Source of the DNA: an uncultured Gemmatimonadales bacterium
GTDB taxonomy: Bacteria > Gemmatimonadota > Gemmatimonadetes > Longimicrobiales > RSA9
Direction of reading: 5' to 3'
DNA: 64,000 bases
Assembly (NCBI GenBank): GCA_963798845.1
Contig: CAWCUS010000001.1
Location: forward strand, 672,001-736,000
The notes below the pieces were generated by a model. The model did no database searches. It was given only the letters and a program-made list of their open reading frames with translations, and was not told the DNA's origin. Of this stretch, positions 36,596 to 45,188 are shown in pieces. Within the stretch, counting starts at the first letter, position 1. Every line of letters starts with the position of its first letter. A program made the translations under genes and the position numbers.

Positions 36596-38272
36596 TCAGC
36601 GCCCGCTCACCACCAGGATCTCGCCTTCGCGCAGCGGGCGCGCCTGGCCCAGGGAATTCCACCGCACGAGGTCGGCGATCTCGACCCCGTACCGGCGTGC
36701 GATGGACGTCAGCGTCTCGCCCCGCGCGACCTTGTGGCGCTCCGGCCCCGGCGGCAGAGTGCGGATCACTTCTCCGGCCTTCAGCGGGCGAGGTTCCGAC
36801 ATGCCGTTCCAGCGGACCAGGTCGTCCAGGGCCACTCCCAGCGACTGGGCCAGCTCGCTCATGGTGTCACCGGACCGAACCCGGTAGCGCTCCTCCCCCG
36901 CGAGCCGCTTCGGCGCCGCAGTGGGCGGCGTCGCGGTAGCCGGGATCGCGGTGGCGGCGGGCGAGCCGCCGGAGCGGCCCGGCACCGAGGGACGGCTCGC
37001 GACGGCAAGCTCGGAGTCCGTGACGACGCGGCGCTCGACCAGCAGCCGCTTGCCGGGCCGAATGACGTCCCGGACGCCCGGGTTCAGGGCGCGCAGCTGC
37101 TTGACCGTGATCCCGTGCGCGTGCGCGATGCGCCAGAGCGAGTCTCCGCTCTTCACCACCACCCACGCCTCCCGGTATTCGGGCAGGATGCGGTCTTCCA
37201 GCGGTAGCGCCGCCAGCCGCTGTGCGAACTCCGGCGCGAGTGCGCCCACGGGAACGCGCACCGGGTACTCGGGCCCGGGAGGGGCGGCGCCCCTGATCAG
37301 GTGCGGGTTCAATGCCTTGATCTCGTCCGCGTCCGCCCCCGCCGCGCGCGCCACGGCGCTCAACCGCGTCCGGCCGGGCACCATGACGGTGTCGAACGCC
37401 AGCGGCGCCTCGTCCTCGATGTCGGCGAAGCCGTACCGCTCCCGGTTCCTCGCGACGTGCGCGGCGGCGAGGATCAGGGGCACGTATCGGCGGGTCTCCG
37501 GCGGGAGGCGCCCCGCGCGAACGAGGTCGAAGTACCCGGCGCCGGAGCCGTCCTGGGCGCGTCGCACACGGCCGAGCCCCGCGTTGTACGCCGCGGCGGC
37601 GAGCGCCCAGTCGCCCAGCTCCCGGTGCAGCACCCCCAGGTGCACGACTGCTGCGCGCGTGGCCGCCACGGGATCTCTCCGCTCGTCCACCCAGTCATCG
37701 ATGCGCAGTCCGGAGAGGCGCCCGGTGCTCCGCATGAACTGCCACAGCCCCACGGCCTTCGCCCGCGATACGACGGTGGCGGAGAACCCGCTCTCCAGCA
37801 TGGCCAGGTACAGCAGCTCCTCCGGCAGCCCCGCCGACCGCAGCTCCCCCACGATCAGATCGCGGTAGCGGGATTCACGCGCCAGCCACTTGCCGAAATT
37901 CTCCCGCGCCCTGCCGGCGTGGAAAAGCTCGACATCCTGGCGCACTTCCTCCTCCACCTCCGGCGGCAACGCTCCGGCCTCCCCCGTGAACAGCCCGTTC
38001 AGGGTCAGCGCTTCCGCCGCCGCGTCCTCATCCAGCCCGGCGTCCGCGACGGACGCGTCGTCGGGCATCGCGTCCGCCAGCTCCTCCAGACCGGCCGGGT
38101 TTCCCGTGCCGTCCACGGAGCCGTCGAGGAACGGCGCCTCTTCCACGTCCGTCGTCTCCCCGCTGGCCGGCTCGGGCACCGGACCCGCCATTCGCACGCC
38201 CCCGCAGCCGGCGAGCGCGAGGCTGAGCACCAGCGTGAGCGGGGGACTGCGTCGTCCTTCGAATGCAGGCAT
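36596..38272 (-). CDS. Lytic transglycosylase with three LysM domains (MltD-like lipoprotein)
   Basis: Lipobox LAGC; MLES, AVGLWQFM, AAYNAG, PPETRRYV; GDSLWRIA, GDTMSELA, GETLTSIA LysM starts. Confidence 0.92.
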   Translation of the reverse strand: MPAFEGRRSPPLTLVLSLALAGCGGVRMAGPVPEPASGETTDVEEAPFLDGSVDGTGNPAGLEELADAMPDDASVADAGLDEDAAAEALTLNGLFTGEAGALPPEVEEEVRQDVELFHAGRARENFGKWLARESRYRDLIVGELRSAGLPEELLYLAMLESGFSATVVSRAKAVGLWQFMRSTGRLSGLRIDDWVDERRDPVAATRAAVVHLGVLHRELGDWALAAAAYNAGLGRVRRAQDGSGAGYFDLVRAGRLPPETRRYVPLILAAAHVARNRERYGFADIEDEAPLAFDTVMVPGRTRLSAVARAAGADADEIKALNPHLIRGAAPPGPEYPVRVPVGALAPEFAQRLAALPLEDRILPEYREAWVVVKSGDSLWRIAHAHGITVKQLRALNPGVRDVIRPGKRLLVERRVVTDSELAVASRPSVPGRSGGSPAATAIPATATPPTAAPKRLAGEERYRVRSGDTMSELAQSLGVALDDLVRWNGMSEPRPLKAGEVIRTLPPGPERHKVARGETLTSIARRYGVEIADLVRWNSLGQARPLREGEILVVSGR

Positions 38273-38459
38273 GGGCAATCGGGTTCGGGCTGCGCGACCG
38301 GAAAGAACAAACATCTCGGCGGCACCCCGCTCCACCGCAAGTACCACGGGCCACACCGTGGTCGGCCGGCCGGAAACTGCCGCGGCGAGCGCAGGCGCAC
38401 TCCACCCGGACCGACGCGGCCGGTCGGGCAGCCGGACGGCGTGGCCAGCCGGGGCCGTC

Positions 38460-41270
38460 TCAGACGCCGGAGTCCGGGTCGCTCAGGTAGCCCACCGCCT
38501 CGTCCTGGTCGCCGTTCATGAGGACGCGGAGGATGCGCCCGTTGGCCACGGCGCGAACGTCGATGACGCGCAGCGCAGAGGCAACGTGGTCGAACTCGGG
38601 CAGCAGCTCGGAGAGCACACTGGGCGAGTCCCTGAAGAACGCTTCGCTGAAGCGGTTTTCCGGTTCATCGGGGTAGAGCGGCAGGTAGCGGATGTCCGCC
38701 TCCACCAGGTCCTGGAAGAAGTGGGTGCCGAACGAGAGGTCGGGGACGTAGCTCCCCTTCCGCCGGGCGATCTCGGCGAGCATGGCCGTGTTGTTGATGT
38801 CGGCGTACGTCACGCTGACGCCCAGGTGGATGTCGCCGCGGCTCCCCCAGCGTCCGGGCCCCATGAGGATGAAGCGGCGCCGGGGCAGGAGCTTGTTGAG
38901 GCGGCCCACGGCGCGCCCGACATCGAGGAGGTGCTTGCGCTCGGTCAGCTCGGCGTAGCCGTCGGGGTCTACATAGACCACGTGGGTGAGCTCCGGCGCG
39001 CTGCCGTTGGAGATGTGCCGGTGGGCAGTAAAAAGGACGCGCTCGTCGGCCAGGTCGCGCGGGATGAGCGCGCCGATCGCGCTCCCCGGCGTGGACTGGG
39101 GGCGACACTGGAGGAGGTAGAAGTTGTCGCCGTCGGAGGCGAACTCCAGGTCCACCGGCATGCCGAGGCGGGTCCCGAGCACGTCCAGGAGCGTGGCCAC
39201 CTGCGCCATGAACGGGGAGTCGGCGGTCAACCCCTCGAACGTGACCACGGCGTCCTCCTTCTCGAAGTCCACGCTCAGCCCGCGTGGCCGGCGGAGGCGG
39301 CCGTGCTCCAGGATCGACACCATCTTCTTCACCTGCGGCAGCGAGCGGCCGCACTCGCGAAGCAGGCGCTCCACGGGCACCGTCTCCAACTCGTTGGACT
39401 CGAGGTTGATGACGTCCATGAAGCGCGGCGCATAGCGAACCATCTCGTCCACCGTGGTGTTCACCCGCAGCCCCGGCTGGCGCGGCGCGAGCAGGACGGA
39501 GTAGTCGTCGCTGGTGCGGTCGACGGCGCGCGTGCCGAGTCCCGGGACCAGCCGCACCAGCCCGTCGTCCCGCCGGATCCGCGGCGACCACCGGAACTCG
39601 TTGTGGCTCAGCGCCACCCCGGAGTACACGGGGAGGAAGTAGGGCCCCACCCGCTTGCCCACCACCTCCTGGATCATGATCCCCATCTCCTCGTGGACGT
39701 CGAGGAGGCCGCGCGCCGCGCGGTACTCGATCGGGTCCGGGGCGAAAATGGAGGCGTACACCTCGGCGACGGCGTCCTGGAGCGCGCTCAGCCGCTCCGC
39801 CTTGCTCCCCTGGTTGGCCAGGAACAGGCTCTTGTATTTGCCGCTGAACGCCGACCCGGTCCGGTCCTCGAGCAGGCTCGAGCTACGCACGATGAGGGGC
39901 ACATCGCCCAGATCGTCCAGCGCCGCGGACAGCCCTTTCTCCAGCTCGGCCGGGAACGCCGCGCTCTTGAACACCTGCACCACGTGCGGATACTGCTGCC
40001 GCACCTGGTCGATTTCGAGGTACTTGTGGTCGTAGATGTCGTCCAGGTTGTTGTACCGGACGAAGGCCAGGACGGCGTCCGAGGCGACGTACCAGGTGCG
40101 CGGCACGCGCACGTTCGCCAGCACGCTCTGGAACTCGGGTGAGCTCTCCACCACGCGCTGCGCCAGGAACACGCCCGCGCTCTTCCCGCCGAGCCGGCCG
40201 TGGCTGCCGTGGGGGGCGAGGAGGTGACGGGCAAGGCGGTGGAAGTCGGCCACGTTCACGAGACCGCGCGCGGTGTTGATGAAGCCGATCTGGTCCGTGA
40301 AGAAGCGGCGCAGCAGCGCCACGCGCAGCATGATCTGCACCGAGTGCGGGAGCTCCGCCTCCTCGACGCCCAGCGCCTGGAAGCGCTCCAGCGCTTCCGT
40401 GATCGCCCCCAGCGACGATCCCTGGTCCTCGAGCAGATGGATCAGGAAGCTCGCTTTGTCCTGGCTGATCCACATCTGGATATGCCCGAGGATCTCGTCC
40501 TCCGGCAGGTGCTCCGCCGCCACCCGGAACACCTCGTCCGTCGGCGGCGATGCCGACCCGGGCGTCACCCGCGACAGCGGTCGGTTCTCGTCCAGATCCG
40601 GGTCAGGCGCCTCCTCCTTCGCCGCCCCGGGCACCAGCGCGTCCGCCTTCGCCACGCCCCGCCAGCGGAGGTGGTTCAGCATCTTGCGCGTGATCCACTC
40701 CACGAGCGCCGGGTCCGTGCGACGCAGGAAATCCACGATCACCCGCCACTTCGCCCGCCGCTCCTGCCCGAACCACTCCACGGTCCGGCTCCGGCGCAGC
40801 TCTCTGGCCTCCGCCATCTCGCGCCGGATCATGAAGAAGGCGAAGCGCTCGGCCAGCGCTCGGAGCAGCTGTTGCTCCTCTTTCAGGAAGGGCCCGTCGT
40901 CGGCCTCCGGGCGAGGCTCCGTGTAGAAGACGCTCAGCTCGCCCACGGTCTCGTCCCCGATCACGATCGGGGCGCGCTGGACCCACTGCGTCTCCCTTGA
41001 GCCGGGCGCGCGGAACTCACGGCCGCGCACCGTCAGCGTCGGCTGCATGACCTCCGGATGCTGCCAGCCCTCGGGGAGGGCCTCGAGCGCCCGTCGGAAC
41101 AGCTCGTCCTCGGGCTCGTTCCGGCTCAGGATGTCGTCCACCCGATAGAGACAGCTCAGCTCCTTCGCACGCTCCCGGAGCGCGCCGACGGACGAATCGT
41201 CCGTGACTCCGTCGCGGTCGTCGCCCTTCTGCGCCTCCGTCTCGCCGGAACGATGCTGCTCTTGGCTCAT
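38460..41270 (-). CDS. PEP/pyruvate-binding (PEP-synthase N-terminal ATP-grasp) protein with N-terminal GAF-like region
   Basis: LRERAKELSCLY..PEGWQHP; LGGKSAG, IVRSSSLLED..FSGKYKS, GLGTRAV, DLEFA, GRWGS, SFGTHFF; no PEP-binding barrel. Confidence 0.87.
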   Translation of the reverse strand: MSQEQHRSGETEAQKGDDRDGVTDDSSVGALRERAKELSCLYRVDDILSRNEPEDELFRRALEALPEGWQHPEVMQPTLTVRGREFRAPGSRETQWVQRAPIVIGDETVGELSVFYTEPRPEADDGPFLKEEQQLLRALAERFAFFMIRREMAEARELRRSRTVEWFGQERRAKWRVIVDFLRRTDPALVEWITRKMLNHLRWRGVAKADALVPGAAKEEAPDPDLDENRPLSRVTPGSASPPTDEVFRVAAEHLPEDEILGHIQMWISQDKASFLIHLLEDQGSSLGAITEALERFQALGVEEAELPHSVQIMLRVALLRRFFTDQIGFINTARGLVNVADFHRLARHLLAPHGSHGRLGGKSAGVFLAQRVVESSPEFQSVLANVRVPRTWYVASDAVLAFVRYNNLDDIYDHKYLEIDQVRQQYPHVVQVFKSAAFPAELEKGLSAALDDLGDVPLIVRSSSLLEDRTGSAFSGKYKSLFLANQGSKAERLSALQDAVAEVYASIFAPDPIEYRAARGLLDVHEEMGIMIQEVVGKRVGPYFLPVYSGVALSHNEFRWSPRIRRDDGLVRLVPGLGTRAVDRTSDDYSVLLAPRQPGLRVNTTVDEMVRYAPRFMDVINLESNELETVPVERLLRECGRSLPQVKKMVSILEHGRLRRPRGLSVDFEKEDAVVTFEGLTADSPFMAQVATLLDVLGTRLGMPVDLEFASDGDNFYLLQCRPQSTPGSAIGALIPRDLADERVLFTAHRHISNGSAPELTHVVYVDPDGYAELTERKHLLDVGRAVGRLNKLLPRRRFILMGPGRWGSRGDIHLGVSVTYADINNTAMLAEIARRKGSYVPDLSFGTHFFQDLVEADIRYLPLYPDEPENRFSEAFFRDSPSVLSELLPEFDHVASALRVIDVRAVANGRILRVLMNGDQDEAVGYLSDPDSGV

Positions 41271-43018
41271 CCTGCGCCTTTCTGCTCCACCACGGGCCGA
41301 CGTACCACACCCCGCCTCGCCCGCCCATCCACCCGTACGCGGAGTGGCGCCGCCAGGCGCACGTGGCGCACGTGCTCGGTCTCTCGCACCACCGGCTGCC
41401 GCGCCAGCCATCCCCAGTCGATGGGGCGGCCGAGGGCGTGGCGCACCGTGAAGTACAGTACCCCGAAGCTGGAGAGGTTGTGAAAGAAGTGCGACCCCTG
41501 GCTCGGCTCCACGTCCATGTCGGGGAGCGTCGCCTCGACCAGGACCCGGGCGGAAGACACGTGGCTCCAGGACACGGGGATGCCGAGCCAGGGGTCCGAG
41601 CTGCCCCACCGCCCGAAGCCGATGAGCAGGCACTGCCGCCCCTCGTCGAGCAGCGCCGCGTTCGCCGCCGCCACCTCGCCCGCGATGAGCGACGTCCGCC
41701 TGGTCTCGAACCGGTCCGGCCGCACGTACACCACGTCCCGCAAGTCCTCGCGAACGCCGTTCCCCATCGCCGCCGTGGAGGCCAGCACGACGTCGTCGCC
41801 CTCCAGCTCGCCCACGTCCACCAACACCGCCTCACCCGGTGCGACCATCCGCCGGAGCTGCACCAGCCCGACGCGCATCCCTGGCGAGTTCGGGGTCGGC
41901 ATCGTCGCGGCCAGCTCGATCTCCACCGGCCCCTGCAGCGCCCGCCCGGACACGTCCAGCAGCCCCCGGATCACGGCGTTGAGCGGCCGCTCTCCCAGCT
42001 CCAGCAACGGCGCGAAAGTGAGCACCCTCGGGCCGTCCCGTCCGGTGCCCGCCCTCAGGCGGTCGGCGTCCGCGTCATACGTGGAGGCGAGATAGCGGAG
42101 GGAGCCGTCGGCTTCGGCGTCGGCGAGCGAGCCCTCCACCAGGTACTCCGTCTCCGCCAGCGGGTCGTACGCGGGCGGGCGACCCATGTTCACTGCCCAG
42201 AAGCGCGTCTGCGTCTCGGCCATGAGGCGCCGCACGGAAGCGAACGGCGCCGGCGCCTTCGGATGGCGAGGAGAGTACGTCCACACCACGCCGCCGTCGA
42301 CGATGGTCTTGCCCAGTCCCAGCGCCAGGTCCGCGACCCCGTCCTCCGGGCTGGCCTTCCCGATCGGATAGTAGCTGTACGACCTCGCCACGGCGGACAG
42401 CTCCGGATAGAACCGGGGGCCGTGGCGCGTCCCGACGATCTCCTGGATCATCACCGCCATCGACTCATCGCGGTCCGCCACTCCGATGGCGCGGCGGTAC
42501 GTGCGAGCGGCGGAGAAGTAGGTGGACGCGTACACGAACTTCACGGCCTCCGCCAGGCGCTGGAACCGGGCCCGGGGGTCCAGCTCCAGGTTCGGGATCA
42601 TCTTGGTCTCGTAGATCCCGGCGAACGGCTGGCCGAGCGCGTCCTCCAGCCGGCTGGACGAGCGGATGGCGAGCGGCCGGGTGGCCTCCTCCGCGACCGA
42701 CACCAGGTCTCCCAGGACCTCGCCCGGGAGGTTCGCCTGCTGGAACGCGTGCGCCACGCGTCGGTCGGAGAGCCCCGCGAGGGCCGCGGGGTCCAGATGA
42801 TTGCGCTCGAGGAAGGCGTCGAAGGAATCCGTCGCCAGCACCACCAGCCGGGGGATGGCGACCACGACCCCGGGGTAGGCGTCTTTCAGGTCGCCGGCGC
42901 CGGCCGCATGGGCGCGCAGCAGACCTTCCGCCTTCCCACCCAGGCCGCCTCCACCGATCCGGGAGAAAACATCCCCGGATCGGAAGAAGCGGCGATCGAA
43001 TGCGGGGACCAGCCCCAT
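41267..43018 (-). CDS. Second PEP/pyruvate-binding ATP-grasp protein
   Basis: LGGKAEGL, AIRSSSRLED..PFAGIYET, GLGKTIV, VEIELA, GRWGSSDPWLGIPV, SQGSHFFHNL; ATGA overlap with the downstream paralogue. Confidence 0.87.
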   Translation of the reverse strand: MGLVPAFDRRFFRSGDVFSRIGGGGLGGKAEGLLRAHAAGAGDLKDAYPGVVVAIPRLVVLATDSFDAFLERNHLDPAALAGLSDRRVAHAFQQANLPGEVLGDLVSVAEEATRPLAIRSSSRLEDALGQPFAGIYETKMIPNLELDPRARFQRLAEAVKFVYASTYFSAARTYRRAIGVADRDESMAVMIQEIVGTRHGPRFYPELSAVARSYSYYPIGKASPEDGVADLALGLGKTIVDGGVVWTYSPRHPKAPAPFASVRRLMAETQTRFWAVNMGRPPAYDPLAETEYLVEGSLADAEADGSLRYLASTYDADADRLRAGTGRDGPRVLTFAPLLELGERPLNAVIRGLLDVSGRALQGPVEIELAATMPTPNSPGMRVGLVQLRRMVAPGEAVLVDVGELEGDDVVLASTAAMGNGVREDLRDVVYVRPDRFETRRTSLIAGEVAAANAALLDEGRQCLLIGFGRWGSSDPWLGIPVSWSHVSSARVLVEATLPDMDVEPSQGSHFFHNLSSFGVLYFTVRHALGRPIDWGWLARQPVVRETEHVRHVRLAAPLRVRVDGRARRGVVRRPVVEQKGAG

Positions 43019-43043
43019 GGGCGCTTCCGCGCGGGGTTGAAGC

Positions 43044-44360
43044 CTAGACCCAGCCGCGATCCCGGCAGGCCTGTGCCACGCGGTCCACGGCGATGACGTA
43101 GGCCGCGTCGCGCGTGGTCAGGTTCTGCTGCTTCGCCACCTCGCTCACGGCAATGAACGCGGAGGTCATCTTCACATCCAGCTTGCCCAGGACCTCGTCG
43201 CGCTCCCAGAAGTAGTTCATGTTGCTCTGCACCTGCTCGAAATAGCTGGTGGTCACACCACCCGCGTTGGCCAGCAGGTCGGGGATCACGAACACCCCGC
43301 GCTCGTGGAGCACCTGGTCCGCCTCCGGGCTGGTCGGCCCGTTCGCTCCCTCGGCAATGATCTTCACCCGCGACGGGATCAGACCCACGTTGTCGGCGTG
43401 GATCTGGTTCTCGAGCGCCGCCGGGATCAGAATGTCCACGTCCTGCGCCAGCCATTCGTCCCCGTCCAGCACCTCGTAGCCCAGCTCCTTCGCCTTCGCC
43501 TTGTCGATCCCGCCGAAGCGGTCGGCGATTCCCTGCAACTCCGCCAGATCCACCCCGCTCTCACGGCGGAAGGCGTAGCTGACCTGGTCCGCCTGGTCCC
43601 ACGAGCTCACGCAGATCACCTTGCCGCCCAGCTGCGTGTAGAGCTCGATGGCGTACTGAGCCACGTTGCCGAAGCCCTGCAGGCTCGCCACCGTGCCTTC
43701 CGCCTCCTTCCCGAGCTCCCGCAGCGCTTCCCGGATCGTGAAGATGACGCCGTACCCCGTGGCCTCCTTCCGACCCAGGCTCCCGCCCAGTCCCACCGGC
43801 TTCCCCGTGATGAAACCGGGCAGCCGCTGACCGTGGATCACCTCGAACTCGTCCAGCATCCAGAGCATGTGCTGCGGCGTGGTCATCACATCCGGCGCCG
43901 GCACGTCCTGCGTCGGGCCCACGTCCCGGGCGATCTGCCGAACCCAGCCGCGCGAGATCAGCTCCTGCTCCCGCATGCTCAGGTCGTGCGGATCGCAGAT
44001 CACTCCGCCCTTCCCCCCGCCAAGCGGGATGTCCACCACCGCGCACTTCCACGTCATCCACATTGCCAGCGCACGGACCGTGTCCAGGCTCTCCTGTGGA
44101 TGGAACCGGATGCCTCCCTTGCTCGGGCCGCGCGCGTCGTTGTGCTGCACGCGGAATCCGCGGAACACGCGGACGCTGCCGTCGTCCATGCGGACCGGAA
44201 TCGCGAAAATGTGCTCCCGAAGCGGCCATCGGAGCAGATCCCGCGTGCTCGCCTCCAGCTCCAGGAGGTCCGCAATGCGGTCGAACTGCGCCTGAGCCAT
44301 CTCGAACGAGTTGTAGGCTCGAGTGCTCTTCTTCATATATAGAGTCTTCGGCGTGCTCAT
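43044..44360 (-). CDS. gdhA: Glu/Leu/Phe/Val dehydrogenase (glutamate dehydrogenase)
   Basis: RVQHNDARGPSKGGIRFHP, MTWKC, GGGKGG, DVPAPD, ATGYG, QGFGNV, EGANGP, NAGGVTTSYFE; start 44336 or 44360. Confidence 0.93.
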   Translation of the reverse strand: MSTPKTLYMKKSTRAYNSFEMAQAQFDRIADLLELEASTRDLLRWPLREHIFAIPVRMDDGSVRVFRGFRVQHNDARGPSKGGIRFHPQESLDTVRALAMWMTWKCAVVDIPLGGGKGGVICDPHDLSMREQELISRGWVRQIARDVGPTQDVPAPDVMTTPQHMLWMLDEFEVIHGQRLPGFITGKPVGLGGSLGRKEATGYGVIFTIREALRELGKEAEGTVASLQGFGNVAQYAIELYTQLGGKVICVSSWDQADQVSYAFRRESGVDLAELQGIADRFGGIDKAKAKELGYEVLDGDEWLAQDVDILIPAALENQIHADNVGLIPSRVKIIAEGANGPTSPEADQVLHERGVFVIPDLLANAGGVTTSYFEQVQSNMNYFWERDEVLGKLDVKMTSAFIAVSEVAKQQNLTTRDAAYVIAVDRVAQACRDRGWV

Positions 44361-44766
44361 GAGTTGTGTTGTCCCCTCCCCCTCCGCCCAGCCCGTTGCA
44401 AAATAGCCCGACCCCCCGGGGCCGCATAGTAGGGAAATCCCCACATTCATGCTCGAACCCCAATGCCCCCGAGCCGCAGCCTCGGCCGCCCGGGCCGGGG
44501 CCTGCCACGCGTGTCCCGCGTTTTCTCTCCACCCGGAGAGATCGCGGGCTGCCGCGTATTGGCTTAACTCGTTGCATCACAAGATCTTAGGCCACAGGAT
44601 ACTGCAACGTGATCTCTCCAGGTGGAGAGACTTTCGGACCCGCGGCCCGGTCCCGGCCCCGCGTCGGCCCGCGCATCGTGCCGGGGCTTGCAAGTCCCGC
44701 CCGAGCACGCCCATCCTTCCGGGACGCTCCTCGCGGGGCGCGACGAACCCCGACCCGGAGGTACCC

Positions 44767-45069
44767 ATCGACGGCCTGAGCTCGAAGCAACGTGCGCACC
44801 TGCGCGCCCTGGCGCACCACCTGAAGCCAGTGCTCCAGGTGGGGGCCGACGGCGTCACCGAGGCAGTGGCGGACGCGGTGCGGGACGCGCTGAACACGCG
44901 CGAGCTGCTGAAGGTGAAGGTGCTCGAGAGCTCGCCGCTCGACGCGCGCGCCGCGGCGGAGGAGCTGACCGGGCGAATCGACGGCGCGCACGTGCCGCAG
45001 GTGATCGGACGCACGGTGGTTCTCTACCGCCGTCACCCTGAGTCTCCGGAGATCCGGCTCCCGGACTGA
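44767..45069 (+). CDS. yhbY: YhbY/CRM RNA-binding protein, apparently with non-canonical ATC start
   Basis: LSSKQRAHLRALAHHLKPVLQVG..G, ELLKVKV, QVIGRTVVLYR; GGAGGT RBS 4 nt before in-frame ATC. Confidence 0.88.
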   Translation: MDGLSSKQRAHLRALAHHLKPVLQVGADGVTEAVADAVRDALNTRELLKVKVLESSPLDARAAAEELTGRIDGAHVPQVIGRTVVLYRRHPESPEIRLPD

Positions 45070-45188
45070 CCACCCGCGGGCGTCCCGCGGGCACGGCTCC
45101 TGCCTCCCGCTTCGGCCGCACACCGCGTTGCGGCCCGCCCGGTCATGCGATTCCGCAGCGCGCGAGACGGTTCAACGAAGCGGAGTCC

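Noticed and set aside
38460..43018. True PEP synthase or pyruvate phosphate dikinase
   Set aside because: No C-terminal PEP-binding barrel and no canonical TSHAAI phosphocarrier motif
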